Shown here: positions 1 to 8,086 of the stretch, piece after piece
Numbering within the stretch: position 1 is the stretch's first letter
How the letters are laid out: every line of letters starts with the position of its first letter
NCBI GenBank assembly: GCA_963663895.2
Contig: CAXXRD010000003.1
Span: 1-64,000 of the forward strand
Source: Dehalococcoidia bacterium
GTDB taxonomy: Bacteria; Chloroflexota; Dehalococcoidia; Bin125
Length of the DNA: 64,000 nt
Direction: 5' to 3'
Program-made: the position numbers and the translations under genes
Notes under the pieces: model-generated
The model's database searches: none
What the model was told of the DNA's origin: nothing
Seen by the model: the letters and a program-made list of their open reading frames with translations, nothing else

Positions 1-68
1 AACGCGAACTCTGCTTCGAACAGGACCTCAAACGCGCGGATGCGCCCTTTGTGATGGAAGCTTGCCAC
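1..68 (-). CDS. nusB: Probable NusB N-terminus (partial, runs off the window)
   Basis: GTG at 68 reads MASFHHKGRIRAFEVLFEAEFA, resembling the NusB N-terminal helix; lies directly downstream of fabD. Only 22 codons are visible. Confidence 0.5.
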   Translation of the reverse strand, partial: MASFHHKGRIRAFEVLFEAEFA

Positions 69-73
69 AATCC

Positions 74-1012
74 TTAGCGCTTCTCGAACGATCGGGCGTC
101 GCTGAAGTTGAACACCGTCGGCCGCACATCCGCTGCGATACTCTTCACCAACCCTGTAAGGACGGTGCCCGGTCCGATCTCCAGAAACTCACGCACCCCG
201 CGTGACACCATGAACTCGACGGAGTGTTGCCAGCGCACGGCAGTGCAGACTTGCCGCTCAAGCTCTTCCCGGATCGCTGCCACCGTCCGGATCGCCTCCG
301 CCGTTACGTTCGCTACGAGAGGAACCTCCGGTTCGCGCAGGTCCACTTTGTCAAAGGACGGGACCATGGCCGCGGCGACCGGCGCCATCAGAGAGGAATG
401 GAAAGCGCCGCTCACGCGTAGCGGGATCGCGCGGCGCGCCCCCCGCGCCTTCGCTAAGTCCATTGCGCGCGCCACGGCCGGGCGCGTGCCCCCGATCACG
501 ATCTGCGACGCCGCGTTAATATTGCAGATCTCGGCCCCCGTCTCTCGGCAGATCCCCTCCACTGCTTCTTCTCCGAGCCCAAGGACTGCCGCCAACGTCC
601 CTGGGGTGCTCTCCCCCTCCTGCTGCATCAAACGGCCTCGCTCCTGCACCAACCGGATCCCGTCGTCCAGCTTGAGCGCGCCGGCGGCGACCAACGCCGA
701 GTATTCACCGAGGCTGTGTCCGGCGACGAAGGCTGGTGCCTCTTGGAGGCGGGGATCGATCTCGCGTCCAGCGGCGAGCGTGGCGAGGCTCATGACGAGG
801 ATCGCGGGTTGGGCGTTGAAGGTCTGCCGCAACTCCTCTTCGGGCCCTTCGAAGATGATGCGGGAGAGGGGCCGTTCTAACGCGCTGTCCGCGCGGTCGA
901 ACACGGCCCGTGCCGCCGGATAGGCTTCGTAGAGATCACGCCCCATCCCGACCTTCTGTGAACCCTGGCCGGGGAATAACCAGGCCGAGCGCGTCTCGGC
1001 CACGGCGCTCAC
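74..1012 (-). CDS. fabD: Malonyl-CoA:ACP transacylase
   Basis: FPGQGSQ, GHSLGEY and VSGAFHS motifs. GTG start at 1012 overlaps the rpmF stop (GTGA); 1003 is an alternative start. The ORF-track extension to 1390 is not part of FabD. Confidence 0.95.
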   Translation of the reverse strand: MSAVAETRSAWLFPGQGSQKVGMGRDLYEAYPAARAVFDRADSALERPLSRIIFEGPEEELRQTFNAQPAILVMSLATLAAGREIDPRLQEAPAFVAGHSLGEYSALVAAGALKLDDGIRLVQERGRLMQQEGESTPGTLAAVLGLGEEAVEGICRETGAEICNINAASQIVIGGTRPAVARAMDLAKARGARRAIPLRVSGAFHSSLMAPVAAAMVPSFDKVDLREPEVPLVANVTAEAIRTVAAIREELERQVCTAVRWQHSVEFMVSRGVREFLEIGPGTVLTGLVKSIAADVRPTVFNFSDARSFEKR

Positions 1013-1204
1013 TCCCCGTCCGCCTCCTCGATACGGACGACCTCGCGCCCACGATAGGTGCCGCAGGTATAGCAGACGCGATGCGCCACCATGGGCGACT
1101 GGCAGTTTCCGCAACGGACGACTGTCGCGCGGCGTTGCTGTAAATGCTGCCGCCGCAGTCGCTGGCGAGTCTTCGCGTATTTGGCGCTTTGGAAGTGGTG
1201 GCAA
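1009..1204 (-). pseudogene. rpmF: 50S ribosomal protein L32 (zinc-binding type) with a +1 frameshift as sequenced
   Basis: TTG at 1204 with GGAG upstream gives MPPLPKR; after one extra C (~1183) the frame reads KYAKTRQRLRRQHL...CGNC...HRVCYTCGTYRGREV...*. Length 196 nt (3n+1). Canonical position between yceD and fabD. May be a sequencing error. Confidence 0.85.
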
Positions 1205-1250
1205 CTTGCAGTTCTCCAACCGGTCTGCGGCAGACCCTGTAAACCCTACG

Positions 1251-1742
1251 CTAGTCCAGCTCGCAGCGCAGCCGCTCAAGAGCACCCCAACGCCTATCCG
1301 GCTCCCTGCGGCTTCCTTGTCGCGAAGCGTCTGGCGTGCCGCGACACTCGGAACCGCAAAAGGGCCGCATCGGCCGCGCCATCTCGACATATTGCCGGGC
1401 TGCCTCGCTCAGGTCGAGTTGCCCTTGGATAATTCGAAAACCTTCGCGTCCCTCCGGCATCTCCACAGGCGCATGGCTCACGTGGTCGTATTCTGGCCAG
1501 AACTCCTCGCTGAACGCTAGAGGAAGCGGCGCGATGTACTCGCGCGCGCAATCGCTGCACACGGCTGGGACCGGCGCGCTGAGACGCACCGTTGCCAGGA
1601 TCGATCCGTCGGTGCGTAGAAGCTCGACCGCCCCGCTAACGGTAGTCGCAATCCCTTCCACCTCAAGCGGCTCGCTCGCAAGGCGAAAACTCCGTCGGCT
1701 GCCGATCGGCTCCTGCAGGAGCTGTGAGACGTTGAATTGCAC
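1251..1742 (-). CDS. yceD: DUF177/YceD family protein
   Basis: QFNVSQLL start, CSDC and C-terminal CGSECRG...DRRWGAL motifs; upstream of rpmF. Confidence 0.88.
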   Translation of the reverse strand: MQFNVSQLLQEPIGSRRSFRLASEPLEVEGIATTVSGAVELLRTDGSILATVRLSAPVPAVCSDCAREYIAPLPLAFSEEFWPEYDHVSHAPVEMPEGREGFRIIQGQLDLSEAARQYVEMARPMRPFCGSECRGTPDASRQGSRREPDRRWGALERLRCELD

Positions 1743-1914
1743 GACAGGCCTACATGTTTGCAAGGATGAGGCGGGCGCGGCAAATGACTGATTACGCACA
1801 CGCGCGTCGGTATTTCTCTTGCCTACCTTAATCTTTCCACTGAGCCGGACGCGACTATTGCGTTAGCGAACATCGGTTCGTAAGCTCAGATAGCCTATCC
1901 GAAGCGGAGAACGC

Positions 1915-2619
1915 ATGATCGCACTGAGCGACCTGTCGGAGTTGCAAGAGATCGATCTTCGTCTCGATGCCCTCAAGCGGGAGCGCGACGACAAGCTTCA
2001 GCAGACCAGAGACGATCCGCGTTATGGGGTGGCCAGTCTTCAGGCTGAGGAAAGCGCACAACGGCAGATTCTCGACGAAGTGCGCGGGCACAGGCAGTCG
2101 CTGGAGCGAGGTACCGAAGACGCCCGGACGAAGATCCAAGCCGAGGACACCAAGCTCTACGGTGGCGAGATCAAGGACCCTAAAGAGCTCAGCAACCTTC
2201 AAGCGGAGATCTTCGCTCTGCGGCGCGCGCTCCGGGCACAAGAGGATCAACTCTTAGCTCTCATCGAACAGGAAGAGGAAGCGCAGGCAGCGGCTGTACA
2301 CCTCGAGAAGCTCGTCGAAGCGTCACGCGCTCGCTGGCAGCAGCAGCAGCAGCAGCTTCGGACGGAGACCACGGCGCTTGAGGAGGAGATCGCTGCGATC
2401 GGAGAGGAAGTGAGCGCGACGCGGGCGGATATCGAGGCGGAAGCGCTGGAGATCTACGACGCTCAACGTCGCCTCATGCCCATTGTGATCGCGCGCGTCG
2501 TGGGAGGCGCCTGTAGCGGCTGCCGCCTCACGCTTCCCATCAACGCGGTCAACCGCGCCCGGCGCGCCGATCAACCGGTTCGGTGCCCCTCCTGTCAGCG
2601 GATCTTGTACGTGGCCTAG
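1915..2619 (+). CDS. Coiled-coil plus C4 zinc-ribbon protein (DUF164/HP0958-like)
   Basis: LQEIDLRL N-terminus, long coiled coil, C-terminal CSGC...CPSCQRILY. Confidence 0.88.
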   Translation: MIALSDLSELQEIDLRLDALKRERDDKLQQTRDDPRYGVASLQAEESAQRQILDEVRGHRQSLERGTEDARTKIQAEDTKLYGGEIKDPKELSNLQAEIFALRRALRAQEDQLLALIEQEEEAQAAAVHLEKLVEASRARWQQQQQQLRTETTALEEEIAAIGEEVSATRADIEAEALEIYDAQRRLMPIVIARVVGGACSGCRLTLPINAVNRARRADQPVRCPSCQRILYVA

Positions 2620-2623
2620 CCCA

Positions 2624-4048
2624 ATGCGCGCAGTCGGATACTTCAGCGGCAACCTCCCCAACGCCTCTTCGCAGCGTGCCCCCCCTTCGCTCTCCGACCA
2701 GAACGATGCGTTCCTAGAGGCCTGTCGCACACACGGCTATGAAGCCACTGCTTCGTTCCTTGATGCCGACATCCGCAGTGACCGTCCTGGCCTGCGGCAG
2801 ATGCTCGCATTCCTCCAACGCCCCGCCCCTGATTTCTGCATTGTGGTCGTCCACACGTTCAACCATCTCGGTGCCAGCCAGATCGACGCGATTCGCACCT
2901 TCTATGAGATCACGGAGTTGGGAGCTTCCGTTCTTAGCTTGGCAGAGGGATCCATAGACGACGAGCGCATCATCCAATTTTGGAACGACGCGCCGGGCGG
3001 CCATTTGGGCAAGCAGGTGCGCGAGGCGATGCGACGGCGCGCGGTGTCCGGGGCGGTTCTAGGCCGTCCGCCCTTCGGCTATCGGGTGGGACCGGATCGC
3101 CGCTTGGAGATCGTCGAGAACGAGGCGGCCCTCGTCCGGCACATTTTCCGGCTCTATCTGGAGGAGAACCTCGGGGTGCGGCGGATCGCGCGTCGCCTCA
3201 ACGAGGAAGGCTACCGCACGCGCCGGGGCGGGAACTGGAGCATGGTCTCTATCCGGGACATCCTCCGCAATCGCGTCTACGTGGGCACTTACGCCCGCTT
3301 CGGCATCACGGTACCCGGTAGCCACCCCCCGATCGTTACCGAGGATCAGTTCCGCGCTGTCCAAGTGCGACTGCAGGACCGGCGGACCGCTACCTCGGCG
3401 CGAAATCCGAGCCGCTACCTCCTCTCCGGCCTCGCCCACTGCGGCGACTGCGGTAATCGGATGATCGGTGTCTCCCGCAAGCAGCAATGGCGGCGCGGCA
3501 ACGGCGACACAGCGGAACAGGCGTACCGCTATTACCAGTGCGAGTCTCGCACCAACCAATCGGTCTGTGATTACCACACACGGCGCGCTGACGATCTGGA
3601 AGCTGAGGTCGTTGGTCATATCAAGGGCCATGAACCTGATGCGGTACAGCCGTCTGTTATCCGCGCTGGCGATGAGCAAGCGGTTGCGGCCGGCGCTGCT
3701 CAAGCCGCTGCGCGTACCCGCGGCCGCCTGCGTTCCCTCGATCGTCGCTTGTCCGAGCAACTCAACCGCCTCGCGGACAACCGCATCTCGCGCCACGAAT
3801 TCCGCACCGCGGCCAACCTGCTCGTCCGCGAGCGCCGTCGCGCCGCCGACGAGCTGCGCGCTCAAGAGCAGCGCGCTTCGGTTCACGCTTTTGAAGTGGA
3901 GCAGCGTAAGCACTTTGACCGGCAGGTCGAGCGCATCCGCACCAGCTGGGATCAGCTCTCATTCGACACGCGCCAGTCGACGCTCCGCGAACTCGTGGAG
4001 CGGGTCATCGTCCGCGATGATGGCATCACGACGGTCCTTCGCGGCTGA
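2624..4048 (+). CDS. Large serine recombinase family protein with a degenerate catalytic domain
   Basis: GRPPFGY, EAALVRHIF, IARRLNEEG, W...IRDILRNRVYVG and HPPIV recombinase-domain motifs; YLLSGLAHCGDCG...YYQC...C zinc ribbon; coiled coil; LVERVIV tail. The resolvase-type N-terminus lacks YxRxS, SG and DRLxR. Confidence 0.88.
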   Translation: MRAVGYFSGNLPNASSQRAPPSLSDQNDAFLEACRTHGYEATASFLDADIRSDRPGLRQMLAFLQRPAPDFCIVVVHTFNHLGASQIDAIRTFYEITELGASVLSLAEGSIDDERIIQFWNDAPGGHLGKQVREAMRRRAVSGAVLGRPPFGYRVGPDRRLEIVENEAALVRHIFRLYLEENLGVRRIARRLNEEGYRTRRGGNWSMVSIRDILRNRVYVGTYARFGITVPGSHPPIVTEDQFRAVQVRLQDRRTATSARNPSRYLLSGLAHCGDCGNRMIGVSRKQQWRRGNGDTAEQAYRYYQCESRTNQSVCDYHTRRADDLEAEVVGHIKGHEPDAVQPSVIRAGDEQAVAAGAAQAAARTRGRLRSLDRRLSEQLNRLADNRISRHEFRTAANLLVRERRRAADELRAQEQRASVHAFEVEQRKHFDRQVERIRTSWDQLSFDTRQSTLRELVERVIVRDDGITTVLRG

Positions 4049-4053
4049 CGCGC

Positions 4054-4461
4054 GTGCGCCTGATCGCTTACGCCGACGGCGCCGCGCGCGGTAATCCAGG
4101 CCCGGCCGCTTGCGGCGCCGTCGTCCTCGACCACGACGGGAACGAGTTGCGCCGTATTGCACAGGCGATCGGCCGCGGGACCAATAACGAAGCCGAGTAC
4201 CGTGCTGCCATCGCTGCTGTGCGCGCCGCCCTTGAGCTTGGCGCTACCGAGCTTCAGCTTCGGCTCGACTCCCAGTTGGTCGTGCGGCAGCTCCAGGGGA
4301 GCTATCGCGTGCGCAACGAACGGCTCAAGCCCCTCTATCGAGAGCTCGACGCTCTCTCCGATCAATTCGTTCGGTTCAGCGTTGGCCACGTCCCACGCGA
4401 GCAGAACCGCCGCGCGGATGCGCTGGCGAACGCCGCCCTTGACGGTAAAGAGCCAGACTGA
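4054..4461 (+). CDS. rnhA: Ribonuclease HI (short, archaeal-like type)
   Basis: YADGAARGNPGPA, TNNEAEY, DSQLVVRQ and HVPREQNRRADALAN motifs. Confidence 0.93.
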   Translation: MRLIAYADGAARGNPGPAACGAVVLDHDGNELRRIAQAIGRGTNNEAEYRAAIAAVRAALELGATELQLRLDSQLVVRQLQGSYRVRNERLKPLYRELDALSDQFVRFSVGHVPREQNRRADALANAALDGKEPD

Positions 4462-4511
4462 GCACGTCGCTTCGGTCCCAACGCGCCGGGGCGCGGGTGT
4501 ACGATCACCAT

Positions 4512-4883
4512 GGGCCAGGTGGCCGGGTGGCCGCGGCCTCTTGAACACGGGAGGTCGAGGAAAGTCCGAGCTCCACCGAGACAGGGCGCTGGGTAACTCC
4601 CAGTAGGGGTGACCCTCAGGAAAGCGCCACAGAAACAAACCGCCTCCCGCTTGGCGGCGCGAGGTAAGGGTGAAATGGTGCGGTAAGAGCGCACCAGCGG
4701 TCGGGTGACCGGCCGGCTGGGCAAGCCCCGCCCGGAGCAAGACCGCATAGGAGGGCCATGGGAGTCTCGGCCCGCCCTCGGGTAGGTCGCTAGAGGCGAC
4801 GGGTAACCGCCGCCCCAGAGAGATGGTCACCGCCTGCCGCTGCGGCGGCGGGAACAGAACTCGGCTTACAGGCCACCTGGCCC
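4512..4883 (+). ncRNA. rnpB: RNase P RNA (bacterial type A)
   Basis: Terminal P1 helix GGGCCAGGTGGCC/GGCCACCTGGCCC; GAGGAAAGTCC at 4557; CACAGAAA, GGGTGAAATGGTGCGGTAAGAGCGCACC and AACAGAACTCGGCTTA conserved elements. Confidence 0.97.
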
Positions 4884-4909
4884 TTGAGTCCCAGCTACGC
4901 AGGTGATGG

Positions 4910-6442
4910 ATGCCGGAAACGCGACGTACGCTCTCCGATCTTCTCGCTGCGACGCCCGTGCTCCAGTGGCACGGCGAGGTCGATCTGCCTATCCCTGCGG
5001 TGACACAAGACTCGCGTACCGCGGCGGTTGGTGCTTGCTTCGTCGCTGTCCCGGGTTTCCACGTCGACGGACACCGGTTTCTCACGGAGGCCTACCGCCG
5101 TGGCGCGCGCGCCTTCGTTGTGCAGGCGGACCGGCGCGCGCTTTGGGTGCCCCTTCTCCAGTACTCGCACGCGGTGATCGCGGTCGTCGCGGACACGCGT
5201 GCCGCCTTGGCCGACCTTGCCGCTGCGTTCTACGGCTATCCCGCGCGATCGATGACGGTCGTGGGCGTTACCGGCACCGACGGTAAGAGCACAACCTGCT
5301 ATCTGATCGCTGCCATTCTCGAAGCGGCGGGTTATCGCAATGGTTTGATCGGTGGGGTGCAATTCAAGATCGCCAATGAGTGGCGAATGAACGATCGCAC
5401 GCAGACTAGTCCCGAGTCTCCTTTGGTACAGGAGCTGCTCGCGGAGATGGTCGGCGCAGGAGTCACCCACGCCGTCGTCGAATCCACCTCCCATGGCTTG
5501 GCGCTGCATCGACTCGATCATTGCGAATTCGACATCGCGGTCTTTACGGGCCTCTCCGACGACCACCTCGATTTTCACGAAACGCGCGCTGCCTACCGTG
5601 ACGCGAAAGCCGCGCTCTTCCGCGCGCTGGATCGGTCCGCCGATAAGGAAACGGCCAAGCGCGGGGTTGTCAACGCGGACGATGCCGAGGCGGCGTTTTT
5701 CGCCGCCGCTACAGCCGCGCCAGTCGTCCGGGTCGGTTTGGACGCGGCGGAGTTGGACTTGACGGTGACCGATCTCCGCCAATCCGCGACGAGTTCGGCC
5801 TTCACACTGCGGACGCCGGCCGGAGATACGCAGGTTGAGCTCGCGTTGCCCGCACGATTCAACGTGCGCAATGCTCTCGCTGCGGCGGGCGCGGCGCACG
5901 CGCTTGGGATCGAGCCTGCGGCGATCGCGGCCGGCCTCAGCACCGTGCAGACGATTCCCGGCAGGATGGAGCGGATCGACTGCGGTCAGCCCTACACGGT
6001 GGTGGTAGATGCAGCGGCCACCACCGATGCACTGCGCGTGGTCATGGAGTCGGTGCGGCCGCTTCTCCGTGGTCGGCTGATCTTGGTTTTCGGCTGCGCG
6101 GGCGAGCGCGATCCCGGCCGGCGCCGTGGCATGGGTGCGGTGGCGGCGCGGTACGCCGACTACACTGTGGTGACCAGCGAAAACCCCCGTTCCGAAGAGC
6201 CTTCCGAAATTGTACGCGAGATCGCAACCGCCCTGGAGGCTGCCGGGCGCCGCCGCGGCCGCGACTTTGAAGAAGAGCCGGACCGGCGCGCTGCGATCGC
6301 GCGGGCCTTCGACCTCGCTCGGCCGGACGACTATGTCTTGATCGCCGGTAAGGGTGCGGAGCAGACACTGATCTTCGCCGACCGAACCCAGGCTTGGGAC
6401 GATCGCGAGATCAGCTGTGCCCTGCTCACCGCCCGAACCTAG
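4910..6442 (+). CDS. murE: MurE-like ATP-dependent amide ligase
   Basis: DSR, GFHVDGH, GVTGTDGKSTT P-loop, ESTSHGL, DHLDFH, PGRME, VFGCAGERD and IAGKG. Several specificity motifs diverge. Confidence 0.82.
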   Translation: MPETRRTLSDLLAATPVLQWHGEVDLPIPAVTQDSRTAAVGACFVAVPGFHVDGHRFLTEAYRRGARAFVVQADRRALWVPLLQYSHAVIAVVADTRAALADLAAAFYGYPARSMTVVGVTGTDGKSTTCYLIAAILEAAGYRNGLIGGVQFKIANEWRMNDRTQTSPESPLVQELLAEMVGAGVTHAVVESTSHGLALHRLDHCEFDIAVFTGLSDDHLDFHETRAAYRDAKAALFRALDRSADKETAKRGVVNADDAEAAFFAAATAAPVVRVGLDAAELDLTVTDLRQSATSSAFTLRTPAGDTQVELALPARFNVRNALAAAGAAHALGIEPAAIAAGLSTVQTIPGRMERIDCGQPYTVVVDAAATTDALRVVMESVRPLLRGRLILVFGCAGERDPGRRRGMGAVAARYADYTVVTSENPRSEEPSEIVREIATALEAAGRRRGRDFEEEPDRRAAIARAFDLARPDDYVLIAGKGAEQTLIFADRTQAWDDREISCALLTART

Positions 6443-6494
6443 CAGGGCGATGCTGTAATCTCCCGATAGCTTATCGGGAGGTGGGAGGAGCGGC

Positions 6495-7847
6495 ATGGAC
6501 GGAGAAACGTACCGGGAACTCGTTCGCCTCGACCAAGCCCACTGGGTACATCCGCTCAACCATCCGGCCGTCCAAGAGATGCCCATCGTTTACGAGCGCG
6601 GCGACGGGATCTACCTGTTCGGTGCCGACGGCAAGCGCTATATCGACGCGCTTTCCGGCCTCTGGAATGTGGCGGTAGGGCACGGACGCACGGAGTTGGC
6701 GGACGCTGCCGCGGAGCAGATGCGGCGGCTGGGCTTCAACAGTAACTACGCGGGCTACGCCAACGAACCCGCCATCCGCCTCGCCGCGAAGCTACTCGAC
6801 CTCGCCTATGACAATATGTCGGGCGTCTTCTTGGCCAACACCGGTTCGGACTCGAACGAGACGAACTTCAAGGCCGCCCGGTTCTACTGGGAGTTCAATG
6901 GCAAGCCGGAGAAGAACAAGATCATCAGTCGCGCTTGGGGCTATCACGGCACGACGCTCGGCGCGATGAGCGCCACCGGCATGACGGTCTACTGGGATAA
7001 TTTCGAGCCCCGCAACCCGGAGATCGTGGCCGCGCGGCGGGAGGAGGCGTGCCAGGCACCCTCTTGTCGAATGAACGGCCAGTGCAACGGCTGCCTCGAC
7101 GCCATCGTCGAGACGATCGAGCGCCTCGGCCCCGCCCGGGTCGCGGCGGTGCTCTCCGAGCCCGTGCAGGGTGCCGGAGGCGTCTTTCCCCCAGAGGCTG
7201 ATTACTTTCCCCGGCTCCGCGAGCTCTGCGATCATTACGAAATCCTTCTGATCGCCGACGAAGTCATCACGGGCTTCGGTCGTACCGGTACCTGGTTTGC
7301 GTTGGATCACTGGGGGGTCCAGCCTGATCTCGTCTCCGTTTCCAAGGCGATCACCAGTGGCTACTTGCCTTTCGGGGCGGCTATCTGGTCTCAGAAAGTG
7401 CACGAGACGATCGCCAAAACCGACCCCAACCGCAAATTCATGCATGCCTACACCACCAGCGGGCACCCTGTTGGCTCGGCGGTCGCGCTGCGCAACCTGC
7501 AGATTATTGAAGATGAGCGTCTCGTGGAGAATGCGGCGAAGCGCGGTGCACAGCTGCTTGCCGGCCTGCAGTCGCTGGCCGAAATGCCCCACGTCGGGCA
7601 CGTGCGAGGCCTCGGCCTGATGTGCGCCTTCGAGCTGCTGCGAGATCCCGAAAACGAGACTCGCTTTGATGCGGACCTCATGATGGGCGCCAAGCTCATT
7701 GAGGCCATGAAGGAACGTGGACTCGTCTCGCGGTTCCGCAATGATCACGTCGTCTTCGCGCCGCCGTTGATTGTCAGCGCGCAACAGGTCGATGACATGC
7801 TGGAGATCATCCGCGAGAGCGTGAAAGCAGTCACCGCTGGCGTCTAG
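6495..7847 (+). CDS. Class III PLP-dependent aminotransferase (omega-amine type)
   Basis: YIDALSGLW, GYHG, EPVQGAGG, LIADEVITGFGRTG and PLP-lysine SKAITSGY. Confidence 0.92.
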   Translation: MDGETYRELVRLDQAHWVHPLNHPAVQEMPIVYERGDGIYLFGADGKRYIDALSGLWNVAVGHGRTELADAAAEQMRRLGFNSNYAGYANEPAIRLAAKLLDLAYDNMSGVFLANTGSDSNETNFKAARFYWEFNGKPEKNKIISRAWGYHGTTLGAMSATGMTVYWDNFEPRNPEIVAARREEACQAPSCRMNGQCNGCLDAIVETIERLGPARVAAVLSEPVQGAGGVFPPEADYFPRLRELCDHYEILLIADEVITGFGRTGTWFALDHWGVQPDLVSVSKAITSGYLPFGAAIWSQKVHETIAKTDPNRKFMHAYTTSGHPVGSAVALRNLQIIEDERLVENAAKRGAQLLAGLQSLAEMPHVGHVRGLGLMCAFELLRDPENETRFDADLMMGAKLIEAMKERGLVSRFRNDHVVFAPPLIVSAQQVDDMLEIIRESVKAVTAGV

Positions 7848-7872
7848 CGCATGCTGCACCTGCGCTTCATCG

Positions 7873-7902
7873 TTGCCGCTCTCCGGCCGCCAGTGCTAGC
7901 GT
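7873..7902 (+). promoter_or_regulatory. Putative sigma70-type promoter
   Basis: TTGCCG, 18-nt spacer, TAGCGT with an extended -10 TG. Confidence 0.4.
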
Positions 7903-7908
7903 GGCAGG

Positions 7909-8071
7909 CAGGAAAGGAGGTGATGCTTTCTGGACGACTTAGCTTGTAGTGGAAGCCAAGCAGTGCGGAGCATCGCCCGCCTTGCCTCTGAGGTGAGCGT
8001 GGGCTAGTTGGCCGCCCTCTTGGCGACCACACACAAAACGCCGTCCTCGTCTTTGACGAAGGCGGCGTTTT
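7909..8071 (+). ncRNA. Candidate structured small RNA or small-ORF transcript
   Basis: Promoter-like sequence upstream, GAAAGGAGGTGAT at the 5' end, several hairpins, and a terminator at the 3' end. Confidence 0.4.
8035..8071. terminator. Bidirectional intrinsic terminator
   Basis: AAAACGCCGTCCTCGTC-TTT-GACGAAGGCGGCGTTTT hairpin with A and T tails. Confidence 0.75.
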
Positions 8072-8086
8072 GCATACGGTGATCGG

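Noticed and set aside
74-1390. 438-aa ORF as one long FabD
   Set aside because: The extension crosses the end of yceD and the frameshifted rpmF; FabD homology begins near 1012.
2338-2355. (CAG)6 poly-Gln tract
   Set aside because: An in-frame trinucleotide run inside a coiled coil, with no sign of phase variation.
2624-4048. Prophage or ICE integrase marking a mobile element
   Set aside because: No cargo, att repeats or phage genes, the flanks are housekeeping genes, and the catalytic motifs are lost.
3952-5085. 377-aa minus-strand ORF and other ORFs over 4500-4900
   Set aside because: They overlap rnhA and the RNase P RNA, so they are shadow ORFs.
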